From Chrysomallon squamiferum (taxonomy: Eukaryota; Animalia; Mollusca), in NCBI GenBank assembly GCA_012295275.1, contig CM022678.1, positions 14,260,001 to 14,324,000 on the forward strand: 64,000 nucleotides of DNA, in the 5' to 3' direction. The notes beneath the pieces are model-generated. The model worked only from the letters and a program-made list of their open reading frames with translations, did no database searches and was not told the origin of the DNA. The position numbers were made by a program, and so were the translations under genes. Shown here in pieces: positions 28,980 to 42,497 of this stretch (the first letter of the stretch is position 1; each line of letters opens with the position of its first letter).

Positions 28980-31019
28980 CTATCTCTTGTGAACTTTTAT
29001 CACCCATTCTGCGTTTGGGTTGACGTGATGCAGATCAAGTAAACGAGTATGCGGGTCAAGACACCGTTCTCCTGAAACAGTGAAAGGCATGAAGAGTGAA
29101 TGAATGAATGAAATCTACCAAATGTTAACAAACTTTATTATAATTCCACTTAACAATATAACTAAAAAAACATTTTTTTCTCATTTCTGCTATGGGATTT
29201 CAGATTTTGATTAAAAAAAACCCATTGAAATCAACAAAATATTTTCAGTGGTTTATGAAACAAAATTGTTCAGTAATAATAATGATGATAAAGTAATTAT
29301 CAAAGTAAAAATAATAAAAACCAAAATTCAATAACAACAATAATACCAATATTTCCTCCAACTTCAAAGAGGTAAGCATTGTCATCTGCAAACTGGCCAT
29401 TGTCAGGATTACGAAATGAATGATTGATTGAGTAACTTTGACTTGGAAGCTGCTGTGGTGGCAGGGACACACTGTAAAATAACACAGCAGGAAAATATTA
29501 TCTTTCTCTACAAATATTGTTTTGTTTTTAGTGTCTGTGTGTGCGTGCATGCGTGTGTATGCTTAAGTGGCATTAACAAACAAAATAATTTTAATTTCTA
29601 CCATAACATTTATAAGTAAATATATTTTCTGACATACAGATATTAGATAAATTTTGTATTAATTATTATTTTTGGATGGTTTACAGTTTTAACATAACTG
29701 ATTTGCTATTGATTAAAGTGGGAAGTAATAAAAAAAAATCTACTTTTAAATGAATTATGAGAAAACATGTTTTGTAATTTGAGTGGAAATATTTGTTATT
29801 ATATTATTTACTTTTGACTGTCATGTATAAGAAAATAATCAGATGCCATAGGACATAATATTCTGTTTTATTATTTAAATATAAATAAATCAATCAATGT
29901 ACTATATGCTAATAAAATATATTAATCTGTTAATAAACAACACAAAAGAAGATGAAGGTGTTAGTTACATATAAAATAGTTTATTAGTAAAGCATGCTTT
30001 TAGTAATACAATCAGAAAAATGTTTTAGAAGAAAATAATACTTATAAACATTCAGAATTGTGTGTGTGTGTGTGTGAAAATTTAAAAAAAAACATTTACA
30101 CTTAGATGTCCATAATTTTTATCACTAATTAAACCAATCTGCTCATTTCAGATTACAGACACCAAAATAAAAAGAAAAAACAAAACAATAACATAAGGAA
30201 ACAATAAATAAAGACATAAATTAATTAATGATGATGAAAACAAAATTAAAAACATTATAATCTAATATAAAATAATACAAGTCATGAGAAATGGTTTTTA
30301 TTTTTTATTTATTTATTTTATTTTATTATTATTACTTTTTTTTTTAATGAATACTTTATTAATGGACAACACCACAATAACAAAAAATTAAAACGAAAAC
30401 ACAAGTTAGTGGTTAATGATGTGATAACTACAGAATAAATTCAAATCAAACCCTATTATCTGCTGAATATTCGGCATTGCCATGGCAAGTATTGGTGAAG
30501 TGATTGAGTCCATGGGAGATAACTCTAGTAGTGGTGTTGGACTTAAAAATAGAACCATCTCATAGAGAAGAAATTTTTTTACATACTAAATATTTAATCC
30601 GTTTTATTTTTATATAAATTTTATTTACCAGTCATATTCATTGTATCACTGCTTTTTTCTTTCTTGTTTTTTTAATTCACTTCTACCACAAATAAATTAA
30701 GGTTAATATATAATTTGGTAAGCAAGTGACAGATATCAGGTAATTATATATTGGCAGATACAAAGAGAACATGCTACATGCTTTTAAGAACTAGCTTAAA
30801 GTGTGCTAATAGTGACAGTACCTAAATATGTCTTGTATCATCTCAAGTTTCTTTATTTTCTTTATCATAGTTTTTCATCAGAAGATTATTTTATTGTCAG
30901 TTTTTTGAACTTACAAAATATATTTAGGTACACAAATGCATTAAAGGAAAGGTTCAGATAGATATTTGTTTTTGTTTTGTGTGAGTGTTTGGATATGTGA
31001 GTGTGCATCAATATATCTG

Positions 31020-31066
<47 letters not shown>

Positions 31067-34000
31067 TGTGTGTGTGCTTAGACATAAGTAACAATTAGTA
31101 AAATGTATCTGAATGAGGAAGCATTAGCAAATCTGATACTTGAAACATTCAGCCCACCTGTGATGAAGTTTCCTTTTTCTGAAACATATTCAGACAAATT
31201 TACATCTACCTTTCCTGTGTTTCAAAATACAACCCCTCAATTACCCACATAACTCACCAGTGCTCCAGAGATTATTATTTAGCAATGTTAATCTTTTCTA
31301 TTTATTAATTTTTTCTTTTTTAACTATTGTCAGTTACAGTGAAAAATTACAGTGATAGTATTTTTGATGCCATTGTGTTTTTTCTATTATTATATGTTAA
31401 TTTCAAAACAGTTGTAGTTACACATATTAAGAAAAACAAAATACTTAAATATTCTGTATCATTTTCTATAAGAATTGTATCACATTAGAATATCTTCCAG
31501 TAAACCTTTATACTGTAGCAATCTCATTTTTCCTTTTTTTTTTTTTTTTTAAATAATATTTTGAGCTAATAAATACAGAAACAAAACAAATTTGTAAATT
31601 GTTTTCTACAGTGTTTACAAATTATAATGTAAATAAGATAAGAAATAGATAACTATACCTATCAAATCCTTCCTGATGGGAGCTAGAATTACGTTTGAAC
31701 TTTGCTACAACATCACCAGCAGTAGTCTTCTCGTCTAGCTGGATCAGTGTGGAGCTTTTTGTTAGGTTAGGAGCTTGCACCCGAATAACTCCATCTTGAG
31801 TATCCAGCTAATAAATTAAAATAACAAAGTTTAAAAAATATAATACAAGATTTTTAATAATAAATAGAAGATTAAAAGTTCTATATTAATAGTTGTAGTT
31901 GCAAAATTTGTTTCACTATTTGTGAAAAAAACAACAATCTAAATAACAATAAACAATAATAATAATAATAATAATAATATCTTACACAAAATATAATACT
32001 GTTGGAATATAATTAAATGAATGTTAAAATATTAAGAGAAAGATTTTGAGTATTTCTTAATATTACTCTGTTACTGTTAGTAGTTATTAAACTTACATCA
32101 GATGTTGATTTTCTGTAAGTTTCAGATTTATCCTTTCTACCAAGAAATCGTAATCTCTGAAATGAAAACAGTATTCTGCTAGTTTTAAAGAAATCATTCA
32201 TATGTAGCATTTTCAAGTAATTGTAGCAGTAATAATAGTAGTTGTAATAGTAGTAGTAGTAATAATAATAGTAGGTAGCAGTAGTAATAACAATAGGTAG
32301 TTGCAGTAGTAGTAGTAGTAGTAGAAGAGTATGTGCTGAACACAGTAAATATATATACAAACTGTTTTTTCTCTTGATTTTCTGTGCATCTCCATTTCAA
32401 TCTGATGTCGAATTTGTTTTACAAAAGAAGGTGGAATCTGGAAAGAAAATAAATATTACTGAAACACACACAAACATACAGTCTCACACTGACATATACA
32501 TATCAGTGGTCTCGCCAGCATTTGTGAAAGGGATGGCGGGAATCAGCGGAACTGGTGTAAGCTAAAGAAAATGTTCAGAGTACAAGTACTTTGAACAATT
32601 AAAAATACTCCTACAAATAATTGCATCAAATGCATTAACTATTAACAAGTTTATTTTATTTGCAATTAAATAAAATCAAAGGTGCGTTTTGATTGGTTGT
32701 TCTGTGAATTATATTCTTTACATGAATATATGTATACAAAATAACACACACAGACACACAGACACACACTCAAGAGTTTTGTAACCTGTATGTATTATAT
32801 ATACATGTGTGAGTGTGTGTGTGTGAAATGTGAGATCGTTTTCATTGCTCTGAAAGTAAAAATATTTATGAGAATGTGACATTGAACTGGCGATGCACTG
32901 TTAATAATAGTTATTTTTATATTGTGCGGATCGAGCGCATATCGTTTTTCGAAGGACGAAGACAATATTTAAAAAAGTTCTAAAGTTCTAGGATAACATA
33001 ATTATACAGCTGAATGCTGAACAATTTGTAGCGATCATTGAAATTCTTGTGCAATAATTTAGCCGCACAGTGCCTGCTACAGTAGCCTTCATTAAACAAG
33101 GATCCTGAGTTGCAGTAAATTTCAGAGGAATCGAATCTCTTTGTAAATAAGACAGTCGTTGTGTCGAATTACTTCAATTTTGTTTAGGGACAAGACACGT
33201 GAACTGCTGACCCCAAAAATACAAAACAACGGCCTGACAGCCAGTCTAAATAAACGGGTGGTGGATCCTGCTCCGTGGCTGACAATTGCCGGGCGAACTC
33301 GTCGTAAGCCGTAAGTGAGGGCAGGACCGCCATCGCTTACTGTATGTAGCGAGACCTCTGTACACATACACACGTAACACAGGCATGTAGATATACAAAC
33401 TAAACATACAGGTAAATACTGTGAACACAGAATGTCAGAGTAAATTCAGAAAGAACTAAATGTGCAGTCAGAAATTAAAACCTTAACAGAAATAATTACC
33501 TTTCTTTAACCAGTCAAGACAGGTACATGAACTAATTAATGATACGACAAAAAAACCACCTACAAATTAATACTTATTATACAGTATAAATATACAACTT
33601 CTATTATAATGTTTACAGATAGTAAATGTGTATGTGTGTGATATTTAAAAAAAACAGAGAAAACAAAGCAGAGTTAAAGTGTGTATCAGATATAATTAAA
33701 AGTTATTTAAAAAAAATAATAATAATAATGAACAAATATAATGTCAAATAATTATAATTAAAAGTTATTTTAAAAACAAACAAATTTTAGGGTTTTTAAG
33801 TAATTACATGAAATATAATTGAAAAAACATAACACATTTCTATATTAAAATTTTATTTATAATCTGACTAAAAACTAAATGATATGCTTTATAATAAGGA
33901 TAATTATGTTGATAATAATAAGTTATTTTAAAAAACAAACAAACATATTAAGTAATTATATCAGATGTAACTAAAGGTTATTTAAGAAAACAGAGTGAAG

Positions 34001-37000
34001 AGTTTGTGAGTAAAGACAACTTACTGTCCACAGCTCATTCTGGTAATGGATGAGCATTTTGACAATGTTGGACGTCCCTGCCGCCTTACACAGCTCCAGC
34101 TCCTTGATGCTCTTTGTCTTACTCTGGTTAGCAGGACCAGGAAACAGATTGGGAGCCATTATCATAGCAACGTTGTTCAGCCCCATCTTGTTCTCGTTGC
34201 TATGGGAAACAATATTCTTTAAAAACTGTAATAACACCTGAAGAAAGTAAAAAGAATCTGAGACATGATGTATATTCCATGAATTATCAGAAATGTTTAT
34301 TGTTATTTATTTATTTATTTATTTATTAAATTTACAATAATAATTATTGTAATCATCAAAAAACCTCAAAACAATCATCATTATTATGAAGCATATAATT
34401 TAGTTTTTTTTATACATATATTAAATATAATGTTGATGTAGAAATATATAGTTGTTTTTTTGAAGAAGAAGAATTGTTTCCTCACCCAAAGAGTCTGTTG
34501 ATGTTCCTGAGGCAGGAGAATTATGAGCAGATTGAGAGCCTTTAACTTCTCAAGTGTTGTCAGGATGTCTGTGAAACAGACACAGTAGTTTTGTACTAGA
34601 ACTAGTTTAACATTTCTAAACTGTTCTTTTCAATAGTTCAGTCATCTGCCAGTTTTGTCAGTATTCAAATAAGAGATAATAAATTTGGAAAATACTTTTA
34701 AATAATAAACTAAATAAAGATGATGTAATCAAGATTTCAAATATGTATGTGATATATAATTATCTTTTGTTTCTCATAGAAGGAAAATATATACACAATA
34801 TTTACAAGAATATGAAAAACTCATAAAATTAATAAACAAAGATTAAAAAGAAAAGAAAAAAGAAAGAAAGAAAGTTTAATGTAAAAGTAACTGGTTTCTA
34901 TTTTTTAGAAAACATTAAATTTTTTTTACTTTCTCTAAATATCTGCCATAATTTTACCAATGTAAGGAAACTGTAACATAAAATTATGCATTGTAGATTA
35001 TGTAGTACACAAATAAATTTTCTTAAAAAAAAAAATAATAAAATAAAAATGAAAGCAAGAAAGAGAGAAAGAATTTTTAGAGGAACAAATAATATCAAAT
35101 ATGTTAGTAATGTGAAAGTTATTTTTAAAAAAAAAGGTTAATTTAAACAGCTTGAAAATGCTTTACAGTTTCAACACATAAAAGTTTCTAAACAAATTCA
35201 AATCATTAAAAAGGATAAATTATTAAAATGTAAAACATAATAATAATTATTAAACTCTTCTAAATTTTGTTATATCATTAAAACATAAGATACAGTAATT
35301 AATATTATTAATTTCTGCTTGTATAATCATTCAAAAATAACATAATATTACAAATGCATTATTATTATAACATTCTTTCATCTTGCATATCATTATAAAA
35401 AAAAAAAAATATGCAATATAATATGTATTATAACTGTAAAATACATTTTATATATTTATATATATACATAAAAAATACTACTACTAATATAACATACTTT
35501 CTACTTGTATAAAAGCTTCTAAGTAATTGTATGTCATCAGCGGGACTGGCAGTTCTCTCAGAAACTGTTTCATGATTGCGGCAGCATCATGTGGCATCAC
35601 ATCCTTCCATGAAAAACTGCCACCATAAAACTTATCTTCTAAATCCTGCCGTAATTGCTGAGGAACAAAATGTAAGAAAATAATTTATTATCTCTAATTA
35701 AATTAAATTTCTTTTATCTAATATAATAAATCTGTATTACTTTATAAACAAAAGATGAATAAAATAATTGGTGTGTGTAATTATATTAAATATAAAATTT
35801 GTATAACTAAAGGTAAATTTCTTGTATTTCACATAACTTTATTACCTTATAAACAGATTTTATGAGTTAAATTCTGATACAGAAATATTATAGAATTTCT
35901 CTAAAAACCAGTTATGGAAGACAATGTGTATTATATCTTCTTCTGTTTTCTAAACAAGTCCACATTTTCAGAAAATGTAAAAAAATAAACCAACTGACCT
36001 TGACCCTGGAGCACTGTCCTGGCACACGTAAAATTCCTTCTGTGCATAAAGCTTCTCCTCCTAAATAATCAATAATCTGAAAATAAACATGAATTTCTAA
36101 AAACCACAGAGCTTTTAAAAATGATTGATTCATCATAAATATAGTAATCAATAAATACTAGAATAAAAAGGATCAAATCATTAATCTATTTCATTATCAA
36201 ACAATAAATCACTAATTCATTAATTAATCTATTCACTGAGTCAGTTTGCTAATTAATTAATCAGTTACATGGCAGAAGAAACAATTAAACATGATAAAAC
36301 AGATAATAAACATATATACTCCAATCTAGTATATGTATAATATTCAAGTGCTGATGATACAAATAATAAATAGAGATTTATTAAAGAGATTTTGAAGTAT
36401 ATCTCAATAGGAATCTGTCTATCTATCTATCTATCTATCTATCTATATAGCTATAAATGTGTGTGTGTGTGTGTGTGCATGCCACCTCACATACACACAT
36501 ACACACACACACACACAACAAACTGGAGTATCTATAATATTATCTAAATAGGAATAGACAGACTGACATACATATAGATACAAATATCCCAATATAGATA
36601 ATATACCACTGTGTTTGATAAAAGCATTGTGATGTTGTTTTTAGTACTCACACTTTGAAATAACAGTGGGACTTTCGTATCAGGACACCGCTTCTGATCA
36701 TGCTCTACCAAAACTTGCAGTGGGACCCCAAACAAACCATGCTCTGAAACAGATGATGTAAATATTAAAGACAGAAAGAGAAAAATAAAATAAAACAAAG
36801 ACAAAAGTAAAAAGACTTTATGATAATGTTGTATTTAAATATTTAATTTCATGACAATGAAATATTAAAAATATCAAATTTAATTTTATGACAGTTGTAT
36901 CATATATTTAAATTTTGATACAGTTATTAAATTCAGATGTTATATTTAAAATTATGAAATATATTTAAAAACCACATCTAAATATATTTCAATACCATAT

Positions 37001-40000
37001 TTAAATTTAAATATTATAATCAACTATATGATTAATATTTAAATGCCATATATTTAATTTATGACAAAGTTATAATAAATTACCATATTTAACTTATGTG
37101 TAAACTGTTTACATATCAAAATATTAACACTTTGTGATATTGACAGTAGATGAAAAACCTTTAATTTTCTTTTTTCTCTTAGGTCTGGAATACACAATAT
37201 TATAAACATCAAACAGAGCTGTCAGCTCTATGAGAGCAAGAGATCGAATCCTGGCCATGTCAGAAACACCAAGATCGCCAATTCTAGTTATACCCAGAGA
37301 GTCTTGTTTTGTGTCAAAAGCCTGAAAATAAACAGCAACTAATTAACGTCTATTTTAGAGAATGAGGTATTTGTCAAATAATACTGAGATCTCTTTCTGT
37401 AGTCATTCAGTTACATCCAAACATGAGGAATGACATCAAGATTTAGATTCAAATAAGAAAAATGGGGGTATTTTGTTTGTTTTGGTATCTTATTCATTTA
37501 TTTATTTTATTTTTTAAGATAATCTGTAAATATTTTTAACTGTTTTCAAAATAGCCAGACACATAGATGGACATATATTAAAAACAAATCATAAACTTAC
37601 ATTTTAATAAAATTTCAAAATAAATTAAAATAAAATAAAAATTATTACAATTTGATATAAATAATGTTCATATAATTTATTGAATTAAAAAAAAGAAAGA
37701 AAGAAAATAAAGTGAAATTAAATTGTAAGGATCAAAAAAAATAATTAAACAGGAAAATAGAAAGAACAACTAGCATGCTACATGGATTTTATACCTCACT
37801 GTAAGGAAAAATAAGAAAAGGGTGAAAAAAAGAAAGAAAGAAAATTAAGATAACAAATAGTCATCTTGTATAGTTACAGATAAAGTTTATTTGTTCTATA
37901 CAATATCATTTTATGTAATTAACATTTCAAAAAAAAAAAATTATTTTCTTGTCAAATTTATTTTTTCCTTGCAAACCATTACTTACATAACTCCTCTTCA
38001 TAGTTTGGTTTACAAGTTTCAGAATTTAACAAGCAGTACCTTCATTTAGATATTTGTATTACGATATTTTTAGTGTCATTTAAATACAAAAGGATATTAT
38101 ATATCATACCTGGTTAGTTGAAATAAACCTAATTTTATGATCTCCAATTTTAGTAATACAGAATGTTTTATAATGTTAATAATATATTACTGTAGCTATC
38201 AGCATGGAAAGTAGCACACTGTTTCTATGGCTATGATGTGGAAATACACTTATCTACTGAACTAATTACAACTTACTGGGAGATCCACCTTATGAGGATC
38301 AATGTGGTTACAAAAAATCTGAAAGACAAGTAACTACTGATAACCATGGAAACCATGTTAAACTGAACTCTCCATTCAATACATACCTGTGTACTCAATC
38401 ATCATTTTAATTATTTTTACAATAATGACATTAATAATAGTTATAATATCAACAATAATAATAATAATAATAATAACCATAATAAAAGCAGTAGTAGTAG
38501 TAACATTATTCATGTCTCTGATTAAAATATAGCAATAAGACCCAAGTTAACATGGCTAAAAAGGTATAAATAAAATGATTAAATAAATAATTATCAGAGT
38601 TATATATCAGAACACTCTAGTTCTAGATATATACTTTCAACTGTTGTGTGTGCTACATTGTTGTAATGGTTTGGTTTATGTTTTGGTGACTACTTTAAAA
38701 ATGGCTTTGCTGTTATTTATATTTTTAGTAAATACATTCAGTTTTCTTCAAGAGGAGCAACAAATTAATTTGCAAACAAATAAGTCTGCACAAAAGTCGC
38801 CTGATGCCTCACTTTAGAAATGTCAAACAAAAGTAAATGGCAGTGTTAGCCATTTTTAAGCATTATACATGTTTTGAAGATAGTCTCCATTTTATTATGA
38901 TTGTTAAACATTATTTATTTTTTATTTTATTAATTCCTTTTTTTTCATTTATTTTTTCACACGAATGAAAGCTTGAAAACATCACAAATTACAAAATACG
39001 GAGATATGAACTGATTTTGATTAACAAAAAATTGTAATCAATAAAATGAATAATGGTTACTTTTTCTATAATAATAATTCTCTAAAATATATAAAATACT
39101 GAAAATATGAAAAATTTACAACAGAAATATAAATATATTTATATGTTTTTGTAAACTGCTTCAAGCTTATTATTTGATAAAAAGTTATAAACATGAAAAC
39201 TCTTTAATATTTTGAAGGAATGCAGTTAAGATCCATTTGAGCATATTTCCTATGTGAAAACACAATCAGTATATGAAAAGTTACTCTGATCTACAGAATA
39301 AAATGTAAAACTAATGGATGAATCTACCAACTATTTGTCTGTGTTCATAACATAAAAATAACTAAATTGACTAAAACCCAACAAAAAGTGAATGTTAATC
39401 AGTCCATCGACAGTCTTTCCAAATCTGTGTAAAACCAATTCTCTAAATTAGCAAATATTTTAGTACAGGAAATTAAAAATAAAAATTATTATATCATTCA
39501 TTTGTTGTTTTTTAAAAGTTAGTGCTACCAAGAGGTTTATTAGTAAAAAAAAAAAGTTGAAGGAAGAGCACACAGTTCTGTTACAAACCTGGTTACCCTT
39601 CTCCTCCAGGTGGAAGTCGACAGCGATGTCAGAGTCTGTGATAGGATGGAGATGTTTGGAGGAGTTATGTCTGTTCTGTTCTGTTCGCGGCTGAATGCTC
39701 AGAGTTTCCACACCTGATAAAGAACAAACAAAACAACTCTTCCAAACTGTTCTTAACAGACTGAGAAGGTAAGAAAAACTTAATATAAATAACAAGATTG
39801 AAATTCTTAACAAATATATTTACACTTTGTCTTAATGTAGTAATGATGGTGAAAATGAATGTAAATATGAATGCAAAATTGCACCTATAATTCTGAATTT
39901 GTAAAAAAACAAATAAAACACTAACAAAAATAATCTTTTGAAACCTCTTCTACAAAGATGTATATATTATGCAGCATGAATTGTTTTGAATTCAAAGTAA

Positions 40001-42462
40001 TCTAGTCGTATGTACACATCAGAGAAATTTTAGAAATGATGTTATACAACCTCTACTCAAAACTGTAGCTAAGTAACTGAGAATTGCACTAAACAGACAA
40101 ACAGAAAAATGAAAAACAAAATCAGTGTTACCAGTTTCCACAGGGTGCTGTACTTCTCGCGTGTACCCAGTCATTGAATACTCGCCACGTTTTAAAAATG
40201 ACCTTGATCGCCGTGATGATGATGTTGATAGTGGCCCATCAGTTTCTGACCCAGGGGATGAAGTTGTGTCCGAATCCCGGGGAGGACTGGAAGGTTCCTA
40301 CAGAACAATGTTTTAAAATACACAGATTAAAATGTAACATTTCAATATAAATCCTAGTTTAAGTTACAAACATTTTATTTATTAAACATGACAGCTGTTC
40401 AAGTATGAAGAAAATGGAGTGAAATGGAGATATTTTCAAAAATACATGCATAAAATTATTACTTTTGTCTGTGGATCCTGATCAGGGAAGATGTCTTTCA
40501 TGTGAACTCGATTATGTTTCTGTCGCATCCGCAGTGTGGCAGTCAGTGTGTCAACACGCCGTCTTACTGCCTCTGCTTGGTGACGTGTCAGTGATGACGT
40601 CAGTGCTTCTAGCTCATCATCACTCAGTTCTTTACCATCTGAATAAAATATAATCAGCTCTTTACCATCTGAATAAAATATAATCAGCTCTTTACCATCT
40701 GAATAAAATATAATCAGCTCTTTACCATCTGAATAAAATATAATCAACTCTTTACCATTTAAATAAATAATCATCTGAATTTAATAAAATGTAATAAGCT
40801 TTTTAGAATTTGAACTATAATGAATAAGATTACACATAATCAGTTGATACCCTCTGTATATAATCAAATAATCAGTTTTATAAAATCTATGTATAATTAG
40901 ATTTAAAATTCTTTACCCTTGAAATGTAGGAAAATGTAAATAAAAACTTTAAATGTAATAAAATATTGTATCATTAAAACTAATAAATCTTTTTGAAATC
41001 TGCAGGAATGACAATGTGTATAATGACTAATAGTATTATAATAAAAATAATGACAATTTATATTAGATGAGATATTTTCACATGAACACTGTTCTAAAGA
41101 AAGTGTATTCAGAAATTACCAATGGACCATTGATAGCATTGTAAATAAGATTTTCAAACTGTTCATTATTCAAATAAACACTGTGTATAGAGACAGATAT
41201 TTAAAATTAACACATGATGTTCTACCTTGCAGTTTGCTCACCACGAAGCCATATCCTGTTGCTCTCAGCCAGTCAGACTCTACCTCACCCTCTGAAACAC
41301 AATTACAAATAAACATAAAACATAAGTCCCTCAGTCAAATGAGATGCTGCAGTTGAGGCTTAGGACTGAGTTAAACATTAGACATGTCTTGAAATAGGAG
41401 TCAGTGTTATACACATGCAATTAGGAATCAATGTTACACAAATGAAAGTAGCAATCAATGTTACAGCTAAACACTGTTTTAACTAACAGAAGGACACAAG
41501 TTAGATAGGATGAAGCATTAGATGATAAATTTGACTATACACTACAACAAAGACAACAACAGCTGGTTACGGCTAATGTATATTTTTACATTTGTACTGT
41601 TTGTTCCGTGATTATGTAACAGAGAACAATATTTTATAAACAGGCCCTGAACAGGACTGGTCCTGCAACCATTTAAGTGTACTCTAATCTATAATGTTTC
41701 TAAATATAAATGAATTTATTTAATTTCAAGTAAAATAAATTACATCTATGTATTCTATCCTATGTAAATAAAATTTTAATGGAGTCACACAGAAATTGAT
41801 ATACTAGAAATCTCTACCACTGGACTCATGACTCTCTAGTGTATCTAAACACCAAAAGAAAGTAAATTTAGACTCTAGAATGTTACAGCTATGTAATGGA
41901 ATAATGGTTTTAGTATTTTTACGGAGAAATTAAAACTGCCTAGCAAATGTTCTAACCACTTCACTGAGTGACGCTAGTGTTACTGATGAAGTATTTGTAA
42001 AAACAATGAGTCATTACTGAAAACAAAACTGATATACTCTTGTCCTGTTACTGCATCAAGACATCATGTGAGGATTCTGCTGTGATAGTTTTACACAGAA
42101 ATCCTACATTGTGGTCATATAGAGAATTACCTGACACAGGTAACACACAATTATTGATTTTTCTCACAGGTAAGTGTGCATGCCAAACATTAGAAGTGAA
42201 ATATTCATGTCTCCATGACACTGGGAATGTGAGAAACATTTCTGACAAGTTTGTTTAAATAGTGAGACTCACTGATAGAGATAATCCTGTTAGTACAAAC
42301 AGCAACTTTCGCTGTCATCTGTAATCTTAGTAATATGTAACAACTCTTCTGTTATATAATTCTGATAATTAATAACTTGAGGAGTAACTCATAGCTTAGT
42401 TGTAAATATTCAAGTTATCAATACATGAAACAGGATTTTACACACACACACAACGCTTAAAG

Positions 42463-42497
<35 letters not shown>

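Noticed and set aside
31258-31512. Chain of tiny RhoGAP exons (7 nt at 31506-31512 and 40 nt at 31258-31297)
   Set aside because: It needs a purine-rich acceptor and a 43-nt intron, and it exits in a phase incompatible with the downstream exon.
40625-40770. 30-bp repeats superficially like a CRISPR array (also the 22-bp repeats at 45357)
   Set aside because: The units are head-to-tail with no unique spacers, there are no cas genes, and the context is a eukaryotic intron.
40745-40790. Fifth possible acceptor (ATTCAG|ATG at 40774, the ORF-track start)
   Set aside because: Joined to the phase-1 donor it reads GAT GAT TAT TTA TTT AAA TGG TAA, an immediate stop.
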